A stretch of DNA of 64,000 bases from Gammaproteobacteria bacterium (GCA_026709505.1 JAPOSW010000128.1:20261-84260); one strand, 5' to 3'. Counted from the stretch's first letter, positions 31,386-40,901 are shown. The notes: generated by a model not told the origin, from the sequence alone. Program-made: numbers and translations.

Positions 31386-31388
31386 TGC

Positions 31389-32318
31389 TCAAAATCCAAC
31401 CTGACCGGATCCTTTGAGTGCCAGCCGCTGGCGAGCCTCGTCAGGAGTCGCCACTTCAAGTCCCGATGACTCTATGCCAGACTTGATCCTCTGAACCTGC
31501 TGGGCATTGCTGACTGCCAGTTCGCCCCTGTCAATCCACAGGCTGTCTTCAAGACCAACCCTGAGGTTGCCGCCCATCTCATACGCCCTGGCCGCAAACG
31601 GCATCTGGTGCCGCCCCGCCGCCAGTACTGACCATTCATGATCATCGCCAAACAATTTGCCTGCGATTTGATGCATGTGCAGAAGGTTGTCAAAATCGGC
31701 GCCGACCCCGCCCAAAATGCCGAATATAAACTGTATGAACAGGGGCGGCTCGATCAGCTTGCGATCCACGAAATGTGCCAGATTATATAGATGTCCAAGA
31801 TCGTAGGATTCAAGCTCGAAGCGCGTGCCATGCTGGTCACCAAGCTCCTTCAGTGCATATTCAATGGTCTTGAATGTATTCGGGAAGATGAAGTCCCGCG
31901 TCATTTCCAGAAACGGCTTTTCCCAGTCGTACTTCCACGACTCATGCTTCTCCGCCATCGGGAATATTCCGAAGTTGAGAGAACCCATGTTCAGGGATGC
32001 CATCTCCGGACTGGCTTTCAGGGCCGCCGCCAGGCGCTGCTCAATGGACATCCCGAGACCGCCTCCGGTTGACACATTCACTACCGCATCACACCGATTC
32101 CGAATGCCCGGCAGAAACTGCATGAACGTCTCCGGTCGATAGTCAGGCTGGCCATTATCGGGATTACGAGCGTGCAGATGAACAATCGAAGCGCCGGCCT
32201 GACAGGCCTCGACCGCAGCATCTTCGATCTGCTTCGGGGTGATCGGCAAGTACGGCGACATGCTTGGGGTGTGGATACCCCCAGTGACTGCACAGGTAAT
32301 GATTACGGATTTTGGCAC
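31389..32318 (-). CDS. Beta-keto acid cleavage enzyme (BKACE / 3-keto-5-aminohexanoate cleavage family, DUF849)
   Basis: N-terminal IITCAVTGGIHTPSMSPYLPITPKQI, then IVHLHARNP and the TIM-barrel length of 309 aa. Confidence 0.85.
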   Translation of the reverse strand: MPKSVIITCAVTGGIHTPSMSPYLPITPKQIEDAAVEACQAGASIVHLHARNPDNGQPDYRPETFMQFLPGIRNRCDAVVNVSTGGGLGMSIEQRLAAALKASPEMASLNMGSLNFGIFPMAEKHESWKYDWEKPFLEMTRDFIFPNTFKTIEYALKELGDQHGTRFELESYDLGHLYNLAHFVDRKLIEPPLFIQFIFGILGGVGADFDNLLHMHQIAGKLFGDDHEWSVLAAGRHQMPFAARAYEMGGNLRVGLEDSLWIDRGELAVSNAQQVQRIKSGIESSGLEVATPDEARQRLALKGSGQVGF

Positions 32319-32383
32319 GGTTTTCTCTACATGGATAGTGACTCAGAAAAACTGATCGTCATCGGCTTTCATCAATCCGCTGC

Positions 32384-33145
32384 TCATAGGCGCATTTGCT
32401 GCACCTGAGCAGTCAACCCCCCATCAAGTATCCACAGCTGCCCTGTAGCATAGCCCGCCTCATCACTGGCCAGCCAAAATACCAGATTTGCAACATCCTC
32501 AGGGGTTCCATAGCAGCGAATCGGGTGAACTTCTCGCGCTGCCTCCCAGGATCGTTCACTGTCGCCCCCTTCGCCAAAGAAGCTCTTTAGCATGGGAGTA
32601 TCAATAAAACCCGGACAGATGGCATTCACGCGAATATTTTCCGGCCCATGGTCACATGCCATGGCCCTGGTCAGGGCATGAACTGCTCCTTTGGTTGCAC
32701 AGTAAGCTGCCAGTTTGGGGTCGGCAATGAACCCGTCATAGGAACCGAAATTGATGATGGAACCACCGGTTTTGCGCATCAAGGCAATTGCATGTTTCGA
32801 AGCCAGGAAAGTACCGGTCACGTTGATTGCAAAAATCCGGTTCCATTCATCCAGGGTTGTTTCCTCAATGGTTTTTTCGATTTCAATTCCGGCCGCATTG
32901 ACCAGAATATCGAGCCGGTCATGATGGCTCTTGATGTGTTGAACCAGATCAATCGAGCTTTGCTCACAGGTCACATCGCATTCCAGGTACTTGACTTCGG
33001 GATGCGTTTGCCTGACAAGGTCTGCCGCATACACTCTGGCACCCTCCCTGACCAGTCGCTCACAAATCGCCCGGCCAATCCCGCCGCAGCCACCGGTGAC
33101 GACGGCAATCCGGCCATGCAAGGGATGGTCCCTGTTTGCATTCAT
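32384..33145 (-). CDS. Short-chain dehydrogenase/reductase (SDR)
   Basis: TGGCGGIGRAI, NAAG and YCATKGAV. Start overlaps the Rieske stop (ATGA at 33142-33145). Confidence 0.85.
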   Translation of the reverse strand: MNANRDHPLHGRIAVVTGGCGGIGRAICERLVREGARVYAADLVRQTHPEVKYLECDVTCEQSSIDLVQHIKSHHDRLDILVNAAGIEIEKTIEETTLDEWNRIFAINVTGTFLASKHAIALMRKTGGSIINFGSYDGFIADPKLAAYCATKGAVHALTRAMACDHGPENIRVNAICPGFIDTPMLKSFFGEGGDSERSWEAAREVHPIRCYGTPEDVANLVFWLASDEAGYATGQLWILDGGLTAQVQQMRL

Positions 33146-34272
33146 GTTGAACAGGCTCTCCTGTAGGCATCCAAAACCAGGCCATGGAAATGGTGCACCG
33201 CATGTTCACTCATGCCGCTTTGCTCCGGGTCGACAAGGTAGCGCCCTTGCTTGAAGCCGGGTGTGCGCATTCCTCTCTGTACGCTTTCCACCAAACCGAT
33301 ATCTTCGGGTTGCAGGACCTCGTCAATAAAACGGATCGCCTCGAGCTCTGCCTCAATAGGCTGCTCGGTTTCGTAAAAGAAATCGAATTCTTCATGGGTC
33401 TGTTCCGGGCCCGCCGGGATGAATTTCCAGACCATGAAGTTCCCTCTTCCGGGATAACGCAACAGTGCCGTGTTTGGCCACAAGTACCAGACCGCATGAT
33501 CGGTGACCGTTGCATTGGCTACATCGTAAGCCTGATTGCCAGACATGCCGGCCCTGGCCATGTGACTGGAATAAATTTCGTGAGTGCGGACCTTGTAGCT
33601 ATCCATGTCCACCAGAGTACAGAAGTCCTTGTGCGCGACCGGACAGTGATAGCATTCCAGAAAATTGTCAACGACTGTCTTCCAGTTTGCCTGGATAGTG
33701 TAGGTCAGGCGATGGGCGAACTTGAGATCGGCAATGTCCGGCGCGTAAGAGCGAATCTCCTTCCGCAGATTTCCGGATAGCACAGACAGCGAGTCAGCTT
33801 CAGGATCCAGATTGACGAATACCAGGTCGCAAAATACCTCGATTCGGACAGCATCAAGACAAACGTCTTCCGGGTCAAAATTACTGATGTACTCGGAACG
33901 GCGCGCGGCTTGCAGGGTTCCATCGAGTCGATAGCTCCACGCGTGGTAGGGACAGACAATCAAGTTCCGGTTTCCCTCGCCTTCCAGCAACTCGTGCCCG
34001 CGATGCTTGCAGACATTGTAAAATGCCCTTAATTGGCCATGATGATCGCGAACAGCAAAGATGCCCTGTCCCTGGATTTGGGCTGTAATGTAGCTTCCGG
34101 TCTGCCTGAGTTTTTCAGCATGACAGAAAAACTGCCAGCTACGGTGAAAAATCTGGCTTCTCTCGATATCCAGAAATTTTGCATCGCTGTAGCAGTTCGC
34201 ATTGAGGGACCATGATCTGAGCGGGTCGGATACATAACCGCTGCTGATTCGATCAAATTCATCTTGATCCAT
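33142..34272 (-). CDS. Rieske oxygenase alpha subunit, closest in pattern to carnitine monooxygenase CntA
   Basis: LRAFYNVCKHRGHELLEGEGNRNLIVCPYHAWSYRLDG, ANWKTVVDNFLECYHCPVAH and QPEDIGLVESVQRGM...SGMSEHAVHHFH track the CntA sequence as I remember it along its whole length. Confidence 0.85.
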   Translation of the reverse strand: MDQDEFDRISSGYVSDPLRSWSLNANCYSDAKFLDIERSQIFHRSWQFFCHAEKLRQTGSYITAQIQGQGIFAVRDHHGQLRAFYNVCKHRGHELLEGEGNRNLIVCPYHAWSYRLDGTLQAARRSEYISNFDPEDVCLDAVRIEVFCDLVFVNLDPEADSLSVLSGNLRKEIRSYAPDIADLKFAHRLTYTIQANWKTVVDNFLECYHCPVAHKDFCTLVDMDSYKVRTHEIYSSHMARAGMSGNQAYDVANATVTDHAVWYLWPNTALLRYPGRGNFMVWKFIPAGPEQTHEEFDFFYETEQPIEAELEAIRFIDEVLQPEDIGLVESVQRGMRTPGFKQGRYLVDPEQSGMSEHAVHHFHGLVLDAYRRACST

Positions 34273-34543
34273 GCCGATTACCCCTGTCTATTCAATGTCC
34301 CTGTTGAATTCAGGCCAACTGAAAAACCGAACAATACGCCCAGAAAAACGGGACAAGCACTTTACCGTAATTCTCAAATTCACTTCCATGGCATTGAAGC
34401 TAGATGGTGTCCCGAAAAAGCAATTCGGAGCGATTAGACAAAGGAAGAGGTCCTGGATTGCATTGAAGTTTTTGCAGCGACATGTGTTCTGATCGTTTGC
34501 GTCTTTATTGGTCTTGCTTGCTACGGAGGCCTATTTGGGAACT

Positions 34544-35179
34544 TTACGGGGCCAATCGCTCAATGGACCAGCCTTCGGCCTGTCTGGTATACAGGAACCG
34601 GTCATGCAATCGATCTGCGCCCCCCTGCCAGAACTCGAGCGTATCGGGACAGACCCGAAACCCGCCCCAGAAATCCGGCAATGGAATCTCCCCTCCGGCA
34701 AACTTCTGCTTCATCCGCGCAAACTGCGTCAGCAGCATCTGCCTGGATCCAATCCGAGTGCTTTGCCCGGAAGCCCAGGCTGCGAGCCGGCTATCTTCGG
34801 GCCGCGAAATAAAGTACTGTGCTGATTCCCTGTGGGTTATTTTCTCGGCTTCTCCGGTAATCCTGACCTGGCGATCCAGCATGTGCCACGGAAAATGCAG
34901 GGCAACTTTGGAGTTGCCGGAAATCTCGCTGGCTTTCTGGCTTCCATAGTTGGTAAAGAACACAAAACCCCTCTGATCAAATGACTTCAAGAGGACCATG
35001 CGCTGACTGGGCCGCCGGCCTTGGCCAACCGTTGCCAGGGTCATTGCATTAGGATCGCTGATCTTCGCTTCAACAGCCTGGTTAAGCCATGATTCGAACT
35101 GGCGAAACGGATCACCATCAAGATCCTTGCGCCGCAAACCGCCCTTGACAAAGTCTCTTCTGAATGATTCAAGATCCAT
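34544..35179 (-). CDS. pdxH: Pyridoxamine 5'-phosphate oxidase
   Basis: KGGLRRKDL..DPF.QFE.WL and the C-terminal LEFWQGGADRLHDRFLY. Confidence 0.85.
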   Translation of the reverse strand: MDLESFRRDFVKGGLRRKDLDGDPFRQFESWLNQAVEAKISDPNAMTLATVGQGRRPSQRMVLLKSFDQRGFVFFTNYGSQKASEISGNSKVALHFPWHMLDRQVRITGEAEKITHRESAQYFISRPEDSRLAAWASGQSTRIGSRQMLLTQFARMKQKFAGGEIPLPDFWGGFRVCPDTLEFWQGGADRLHDRFLYTRQAEGWSIERLAP

Positions 35180-35696
35180 GCACAACACCGCCTGCTACTC
35201 TTTGCTCAGGCAACCAAATGCCGAAGCGATAGAATGTGTCATTTTTATCTTGTTTGCAATACCTGTATCAGCTTTCCTGTCCGCTAATTTCCGTCGCTGT
35301 GACTCGAAACCAGTCCTTGCCTGCATGCCGAAATTGCCTGTCTAGCTCTACGCTGTCCGTCATTTACGCCTCCCTCGGAGTCTCCGGCAATTCGCGCCTG
35401 GCCTGATTTTGCAAGGGCGGCCGCCTATGGCCGAGGCATTTCAACCCCGGCTCAAAATCGGCATTTTTCCATTTGGCATCTCCTAAATGCTTGATTGAAC
35501 GGTGTCATGCCAGCACCAGCCATGCGCAAGCCACTCTGGCATCGAAGCCAAAAAGTCCAGTACAACTGCAGAACCTGGTTTTCACATTCCCGTATGGAAT
35601 CCACATCAAGGGCATTTCCGGCCAATGAATCCGAATTTACCCCAAAACCCGCCGATAGGCGGACCTGCCCGTCTCGGTCTTTCCGATAAGTCGCCG

Positions 35697-36398
35697 CTAG
35701 ATTCCTAAATACCTTGTTTTCAATTCGGGATTAGCCTGAAGAGTACCGGGAGGCCCGTCCCAGACCACTCTGCCTTTTTCGATGATGTAATGATGGTCGG
35801 CAATCCGGTTTAGCTCTTCGATGTTCTTGTCGATTAGCAAAATGGTCATGCCGGATTCCTTGAGTCTGTTCAGGCATTGCCATATTTCCTGTCTGACCAG
35901 AGGTGCCAGCCCCTCCGTTGCTTCGTCGAGAATAAGGACTAGCGGATTGAGCATTAGGGCACGGCCAATTGCCAGCATTTGTTGCTCCCCTCCGGACAGC
36001 TGGTCGCCCGTATTGTTCAGTCGAGCCTGTAGTTCCGGAAAAAATTCGACGACCCGGTTCAGTGTCCATGGAGACTTGCTTGCCGCATAATTGCTGGACG
36101 CAACAGATAGATTCTCCCGTACACTCAGGTTGGGAAAGATCTGTCGTCCTTCGGGTACCAGCCCAATTCCTCTTTGCGCCACCTGATAAGGGGGCTTGCC
36201 GTCAATTCGGGAATCAAGAAAGGTGATTTCACCGGAACGACAAGGGGTAATGCCCATTATCGAACTGACTGTGGTGGTTTTGCCCATGCCGTTGCGGCCA
36301 ATCAGTGTCGTGACTTTTCCCTGCTCTATGTGCATGCTCATGCCGAAGAGTGCCTGTATTGAACCATAAAAGGTTTCTACTCCTTTCAGGTCAAGCAT
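35697..36398 (-). CDS. ABC transporter ATP-binding protein, LivF-like (HAAT family)
   Basis: GRNGMGKTT, LSGGEQQMLAIGRAL, LILDE. Its ATG overlaps the upstream gene by 8 nt. Confidence 0.85.
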   Translation of the reverse strand: MLDLKGVETFYGSIQALFGMSMHIEQGKVTTLIGRNGMGKTTTVSSIMGITPCRSGEITFLDSRIDGKPPYQVAQRGIGLVPEGRQIFPNLSVRENLSVASSNYAASKSPWTLNRVVEFFPELQARLNNTGDQLSGGEQQMLAIGRALMLNPLVLILDEATEGLAPLVRQEIWQCLNRLKESGMTILLIDKNIEELNRIADHHYIIEKGRVVWDGPPGTLQANPELKTRYLGI

Positions 36399-37143
36399 GC
36401 TCTTCACCCAGATAGGCACGCTGTACTTCGGGATTGGCACGGATGTTCTTTACGGTGCCGGTGGCAATGACGCTGCCGTGAACCAGCACGGACAAGGTAT
36501 CGGCCAGCGAAAAAACCGCATCCATGTCATGCTCGATCAGCAGGATGGTTGTCTGCTCTCGGAGCTTGGCCAGAAACCGGATCATCCGTGAACTTTCCTC
36601 CAGTCCCATTCCGGCCATTGGCTCATCCAGCAGCAGCAAGCGGGGCTTCATGGCCAGAGCCATGGAGATTTCCAGCTGACGCTGCTCCCCATGGGATATT
36701 TCAGCGGCGAGATGCCGAGCACGGTCTGCCAAGCCGACTTGCTGCAGGTAACCCATGCTCTTTTCAAGCATTTCGGAGTCCTTGTGTACTGGTCGCCAGA
36801 ACCGGTAGGAGTGGCCGTCGGCTCCCTGAACTGCCAGCATGACATTTTCAAGCACAGTCATCGGCATAAATACGCTGGTCACCTGGAAGGACCGTGCCAG
36901 CCCCAGCTGGGCCCGGCGAGACGAGGATAAAGAGGTGATATCGTGACCGTTGAATTCGATCTGACCCGCATCTGGCTTGAGTGCGCCGGAGATTTGGGCG
37001 ATCAGGGTGGTTTTGCCCGCTCCGTTGGGACCGATGATGGCATGGATAATTCCGGGCAGGATATCCAGCTCAACATGGTCGGTTGCAACAATGCCGCCAA
37101 AGCTCTTGCAGAGTCCGTTGGTACGCAACAGCGGTCTTGTCAT
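36391..37143 (-). CDS. ABC transporter ATP-binding protein, LivG-like
   Basis: GPNGAGKTT, ISHGEQRQLEISMAL, LLLDEP. ATGA overlap with the permease gene. Confidence 0.85.
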   Translation of the reverse strand: MTRPLLRTNGLCKSFGGIVATDHVELDILPGIIHAIIGPNGAGKTTLIAQISGALKPDAGQIEFNGHDITSLSSSRRAQLGLARSFQVTSVFMPMTVLENVMLAVQGADGHSYRFWRPVHKDSEMLEKSMGYLQQVGLADRARHLAAEISHGEQRQLEISMALAMKPRLLLLDEPMAGMGLEESSRMIRFLAKLREQTTILLIEHDMDAVFSLADTLSVLVHGSVIATGTVKNIRANPEVQRAYLGEEHA

Positions 37144-38135
37144 CGGTCGGATTGCCGTGTCCTCGAATCCAGTTTCGACAACATGCCATGGATGCCGCCC
37201 TTGCCGAAAAGCACCAGCAGGACCAGCAGCAGCCCGAATGGCAGATGCCAGTATTCTAGCCATGACGGATTCAGGAATTTCATGAACTCCGGCAGATATT
37301 GTTCCAGAATTACGAAGGCGCCGGTTCCAACCAGTGGCCCGAACAGGAAACCCGAGCCACCCATGACTACCATGAATATCAGTTCGCCGGAACGAATCCA
37401 GCTCATCATTTCCGGGCTGATGAATCCAGTGAAATTGCCGAGCAGCATGCCGGCAAGACCGCATGTGACCCCTGAAATCACGTAGCAGGTCAAGCGATAT
37501 CGATACGTATCGAAACCCAGTGACTGCATGCGCTGTTCATTATGTTTAGCGCCCGCAATAACGCGCCCAAATCGGGCCCGAACCAGCCGGTGCACCAAAA
37601 ACAGGGTTAACAGCAAGGTTGCAAATATCCAGTAATAGAGGGCAACAGGGCCCTGCATGGTGAGAAAGTCCGGAAATTCGCTTCTGAGGTAAATGACCAG
37701 GCCATCATCCCCGCCATACTCTTCAAGACTGACGAAGGCAAAGTAAACCATCTGGCTGAAGGCCAGAGTGATCATGATGAAATACACGCCCCTAGTGCGG
37801 AGACTTACCGCTCCCGCAAGGAGCGCAAAGACTGCACTCACAACGATAGTCAACCCGAGATGAAACCAGCCGTTGTAGAGATCGTAGTAGGCAGGGATTC
37901 CGACGCAATAGGCCCCAATGCCGATAAAGGCAGCATGCCCAAGACTGACCATGCCTCCATACCCCATAATCAGATTAAGGCTGGTGGCTGCGATTGCCAG
38001 TATCAGTCCCCGACTCAACAGATCCAGAAGAAACGGTTGGTCGGTCCACTGAAAAATCCATGGAGCGACCGCAAGCAGCACCAGCAGTACACAGTAGCAC
38101 CGTCCGGAAATGGATGACGGGAACCATGCCGTCAT
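37140..38135 (-). CDS. ABC transporter permease, LivM-like
   Basis: 331 aa polytopic protein. G(Y)GG(M)VSLGHAAF motif. ATGA overlap with the upstream permease. Confidence 0.85.
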   Translation of the reverse strand: MTAWFPSSISGRCYCVLLVLLAVAPWIFQWTDQPFLLDLLSRGLILAIAATSLNLIMGYGGMVSLGHAAFIGIGAYCVGIPAYYDLYNGWFHLGLTIVVSAVFALLAGAVSLRTRGVYFIMITLAFSQMVYFAFVSLEEYGGDDGLVIYLRSEFPDFLTMQGPVALYYWIFATLLLTLFLVHRLVRARFGRVIAGAKHNEQRMQSLGFDTYRYRLTCYVISGVTCGLAGMLLGNFTGFISPEMMSWIRSGELIFMVVMGGSGFLFGPLVGTGAFVILEQYLPEFMKFLNPSWLEYWHLPFGLLLVLLVLFGKGGIHGMLSKLDSRTRQSDR

Positions 38136-39058
38136 GCCCGGATTCCGGCAGGAGGGAACAGTCCCTGTGGCCTGAATGCCAGTACCACCGCCATGAGAAT
38201 ATAAACCAGCATCGCGGACAGTGCCGGTGCTGCTGTTTCAGCATAATCAAGCGACATGAATATTTTCAGCAGATCATCCAGGTAGGATCTTCCCAGAGTG
38301 TCGATCAGCCCGATCAGGATGGACGCATGGAAGGCACCCTTGATGGAGCCGATGCCTCCCACAATCACGACTACAAAGGCAATGATGATGATATCGTTAC
38401 CCATGCCTATGCTGGCCTCGGTAATCGGGGCGATCAGCATGCCGGCAAATCCCGACATGGTGGCACCGATTGCAAATACGATCAGAAACAGCTTGTGGAT
38501 ATTCACGCCAAGAGCCTCCGCCATGGTTCGATTGGAAGCCCCGGCCCGTATCATCATTCCAAGACGGCTGCGGGTAACGAGTACGCTGAGAATGGCTGCG
38601 ACAAGCAGACCGCCGGAAATGATAACCAGCCGGTAGGTTGGCAATACCAGAGATCCCAGTGTAACCTGACCGTCGAGAATTGCCGGCAGGGGAATGGCCA
38701 TCCCGGAGGGGCCCCAGACAATATGCACTATCGCATCGAAAATCAGAATCAGTCCGAACGTTGCCAGAACATGGTCCAGATGATCAGCGCGATAAAGACG
38801 TCTGGCAATAACCCGTTCAATCAGCGCACCCACTATAAACATGCCGACAAGGGCAACCAGAACGGCCACCAGAAAAGAGCCTCCGCGAGCCACAATGGAT
38901 CCACAGAAATAGGCTCCAATCATGTAAAACGACCCATGGGATAGATTGATGAAGTCCATGATCCCGAAAATAAGGGTCAATCCGGATGCCAGCAGGAACA
39001 ACAACAGCCCCAACTGCAATCCGTTCATCAATTGGGTCAGGAGCAGGCTCCAGTCCAT
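38132..39058 (-). CDS. ABC transporter permease, LivH-like
   Basis: 308 aa. N-terminus LTQLMNGLQLGLLLFLLASGLTLIFGIMDFINLSHG is typical of LivH. Confidence 0.85.
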   Translation of the reverse strand: MDWSLLLTQLMNGLQLGLLLFLLASGLTLIFGIMDFINLSHGSFYMIGAYFCGSIVARGGSFLVAVLVALVGMFIVGALIERVIARRLYRADHLDHVLATFGLILIFDAIVHIVWGPSGMAIPLPAILDGQVTLGSLVLPTYRLVIISGGLLVAAILSVLVTRSRLGMMIRAGASNRTMAEALGVNIHKLFLIVFAIGATMSGFAGMLIAPITEASIGMGNDIIIIAFVVVIVGGIGSIKGAFHASILIGLIDTLGRSYLDDLLKIFMSLDYAETAAPALSAMLVYILMAVVLAFRPQGLFPPAGIRA

Positions 39059-39097
39059 GGGGTCATGGCAATCTAGCCAAATCGTTCGAATGCCGAA

Positions 39098-40309
39098 TTA
39101 CATCTGGCATTCGGCAGCATAGGGGTCTTGGTGATTTTCGAATACGGTATCCACGATCCGGGTAGTCCAGCGCCCGGCTTCATCCTCCACCACCTCTCGA
39201 AGATAGAAATTCTGGATCGGCATGTGGTTATTGCCGTAGAGGTATGGCCCACGAACCGACTCGAAATTCGCCGCTTTCAAGGCTGCTCGAATTCCATCCT
39301 TGTCATCCAGATTCCCGCCCACAGCTTCTACTGCACTGTGAATCAGCATGATGGCATCATAAGACTGAGCACCGTAAAACGAAGGATATTTGCCGTGCTT
39401 ATCGAGATAGGCGGAGACGAACCTGCGGTTCCCCGGAGTATCCAAATCCGGCGACCAGAACATGGTCATCTTTGATCCGAGAACCCCCGACATCCCGGCA
39501 TCCTGAAAACGGGGCAGGTTGATTGAATCGACTGTGAACACCGAATACAACGGGAGCACATCCTGCAAGCCGGCCTGCTGGTACTGCCGGATAAAAGCCC
39601 CGCCGGCCTTGCCCGGATAGAACACGAAAAGTCCTTCAGCGCCCGATGCTTTCGCCTTGGCCAGTTCTGCCGAAAAATCCAGCTGGGCATCAGCTCCCCA
39701 CTTGGTTAAATCCCTGCCGACCACCTCACCCTGGAATGTCGACTCCGTTCCAGACAGCATATCCTTGCCAGCGGCATAGTTGGGAACCATGATGTACAGT
39801 GATTCAATGCCCTGCTGGGTCAGATATGCTCCCATGGCCATGGGGGTTTGATCATTCTGCCAGGATGTCGAGAAAAAATTCTCATGGCAAAGGACTCCGG
39901 CCATCTTTGAAGGTCCGGCATTGGCGCTGATCAGGAACTTGCCCGAATCCAGTGCCGACTGGCGCGAGGCCAGCAGTACATGGGACCAGATAAATCCGGT
40001 CACAAAGTGGACATCATCCTGCTTGACCAGCTTGTCGGTCTTTTGCTTGCCGATATCGGGCTTGAAACCATCATCCTCGATGATCAGTTCCACATCCAGA
40101 CCTCCCATCTTGTTTCCGATATGCTCCAGTGCCAGCTCGACCGAATTTTTCATGTCGGCGCCAATCACGCCCGCCGGTGTCGTCAATGTGGTCACGAATC
40201 CAATTCGCACAGAGTCCGCAGCCACCAATCCAGCCGGTAAAGCAGTGAACAGGATCGGCAAAATGACCCGGATCATGTAATGTTTCATGCTCATGATCTT
40301 ATTCCTCAT
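39098..40309 (-). CDS. Periplasmic substrate-binding protein of the Liv/HAAT (type 1 PBP) family; ligand unknown
   Basis: Signal peptide, then VRIGFVTTLTTPAGVIG and a length of about 400 aa. An alternative ATG at 40294 has GAGGA upstream. Confidence 0.8.
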   Translation of the reverse strand: MRNKIMSMKHYMIRVILPILFTALPAGLVAADSVRIGFVTTLTTPAGVIGADMKNSVELALEHIGNKMGGLDVELIIEDDGFKPDIGKQKTDKLVKQDDVHFVTGFIWSHVLLASRQSALDSGKFLISANAGPSKMAGVLCHENFFSTSWQNDQTPMAMGAYLTQQGIESLYIMVPNYAAGKDMLSGTESTFQGEVVGRDLTKWGADAQLDFSAELAKAKASGAEGLFVFYPGKAGGAFIRQYQQAGLQDVLPLYSVFTVDSINLPRFQDAGMSGVLGSKMTMFWSPDLDTPGNRRFVSAYLDKHGKYPSFYGAQSYDAIMLIHSAVEAVGGNLDDKDGIRAALKAANFESVRGPYLYGNNHMPIQNFYLREVVEDEAGRWTTRIVDTVFENHQDPYAAECQM

Positions 40310-40555
40310 GTCGGTATTCTGTATTAAATTACACCCGTCAAAAATGCAGCGGCGGCAACCTCGGCTATATTATCTGTAATCACTACCTTGTTCAACTGCT
40401 GCGCTGTTCAGGGGATTTGTTTTGGCAATGACGCCATGACCTGTTGAGCTGGGCTTTGGACTCATCCATGCATTGTATTGAAAGAAGCAGGAATGGGTCT
40501 TCGATTTTCCAAATCCGAAAATGTAGTTTCTATCCGGAAAGTCATTGAGGCAAGC

Positions 40556-40901
40556 GGGAGTCGGTCGATAAGCCGGGTTCTGTCTTGGGCAGCCATTCAT
40601 CTGGAATACCTGTCACCAGATATTTCAAGCAACCTACCCGGATCCGATGCGGGCCACATCTTCAGGATCCCTATTTGGTCTTGCTCCAGGTGGGGTTTAC
40701 CCTGCCACTTCTGTTGCCAAAAGCGCGGTGCGCCCTTACCGCACCATTTCACCCTTACCTCCGAGAAATCCGAAGGCGGTATATTTTCTGTTGCACTAGC
40801 CGTCGATTCACATCGCCCAGGCGTTACCTGGCACCCTGCCCTGTGGAGCCCGGACTTTCCTCAATACCCTATTGGATACTGCGACTGCCTGGCCGACTCC
40901 C
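40556..40901 (-). ncRNA. rnpB: RNase P RNA, bacterial type A
   Basis: The minus strand reads GGGAGUCGGCCAGGCAGUCGC...GAGGAAAGUCCGGGCUCCACAGGGCAGGGUGCCAGGUAACGCCUGGG...GGUAAGGGUGAAAUGGUGCGGUAAGGGCGCACCGC...AGAUGAAUGGCUGCCCAAGACAGAACCCGGCUUAUCGACCGACUCCC. P1 pairs the two ends. All universal blocks match E. coli M1 RNA. Confidence 0.92.

Noticed and set aside
37994-38944. 316-aa plus-strand ORF
   Set aside because: It is antisense to the LivH/LivM-like permease genes, which have clear family motifs and ATGA coupling. The peptide has a Gln/His/Gly/Arg-rich composition typical of the reverse frame of membrane-protein genes.
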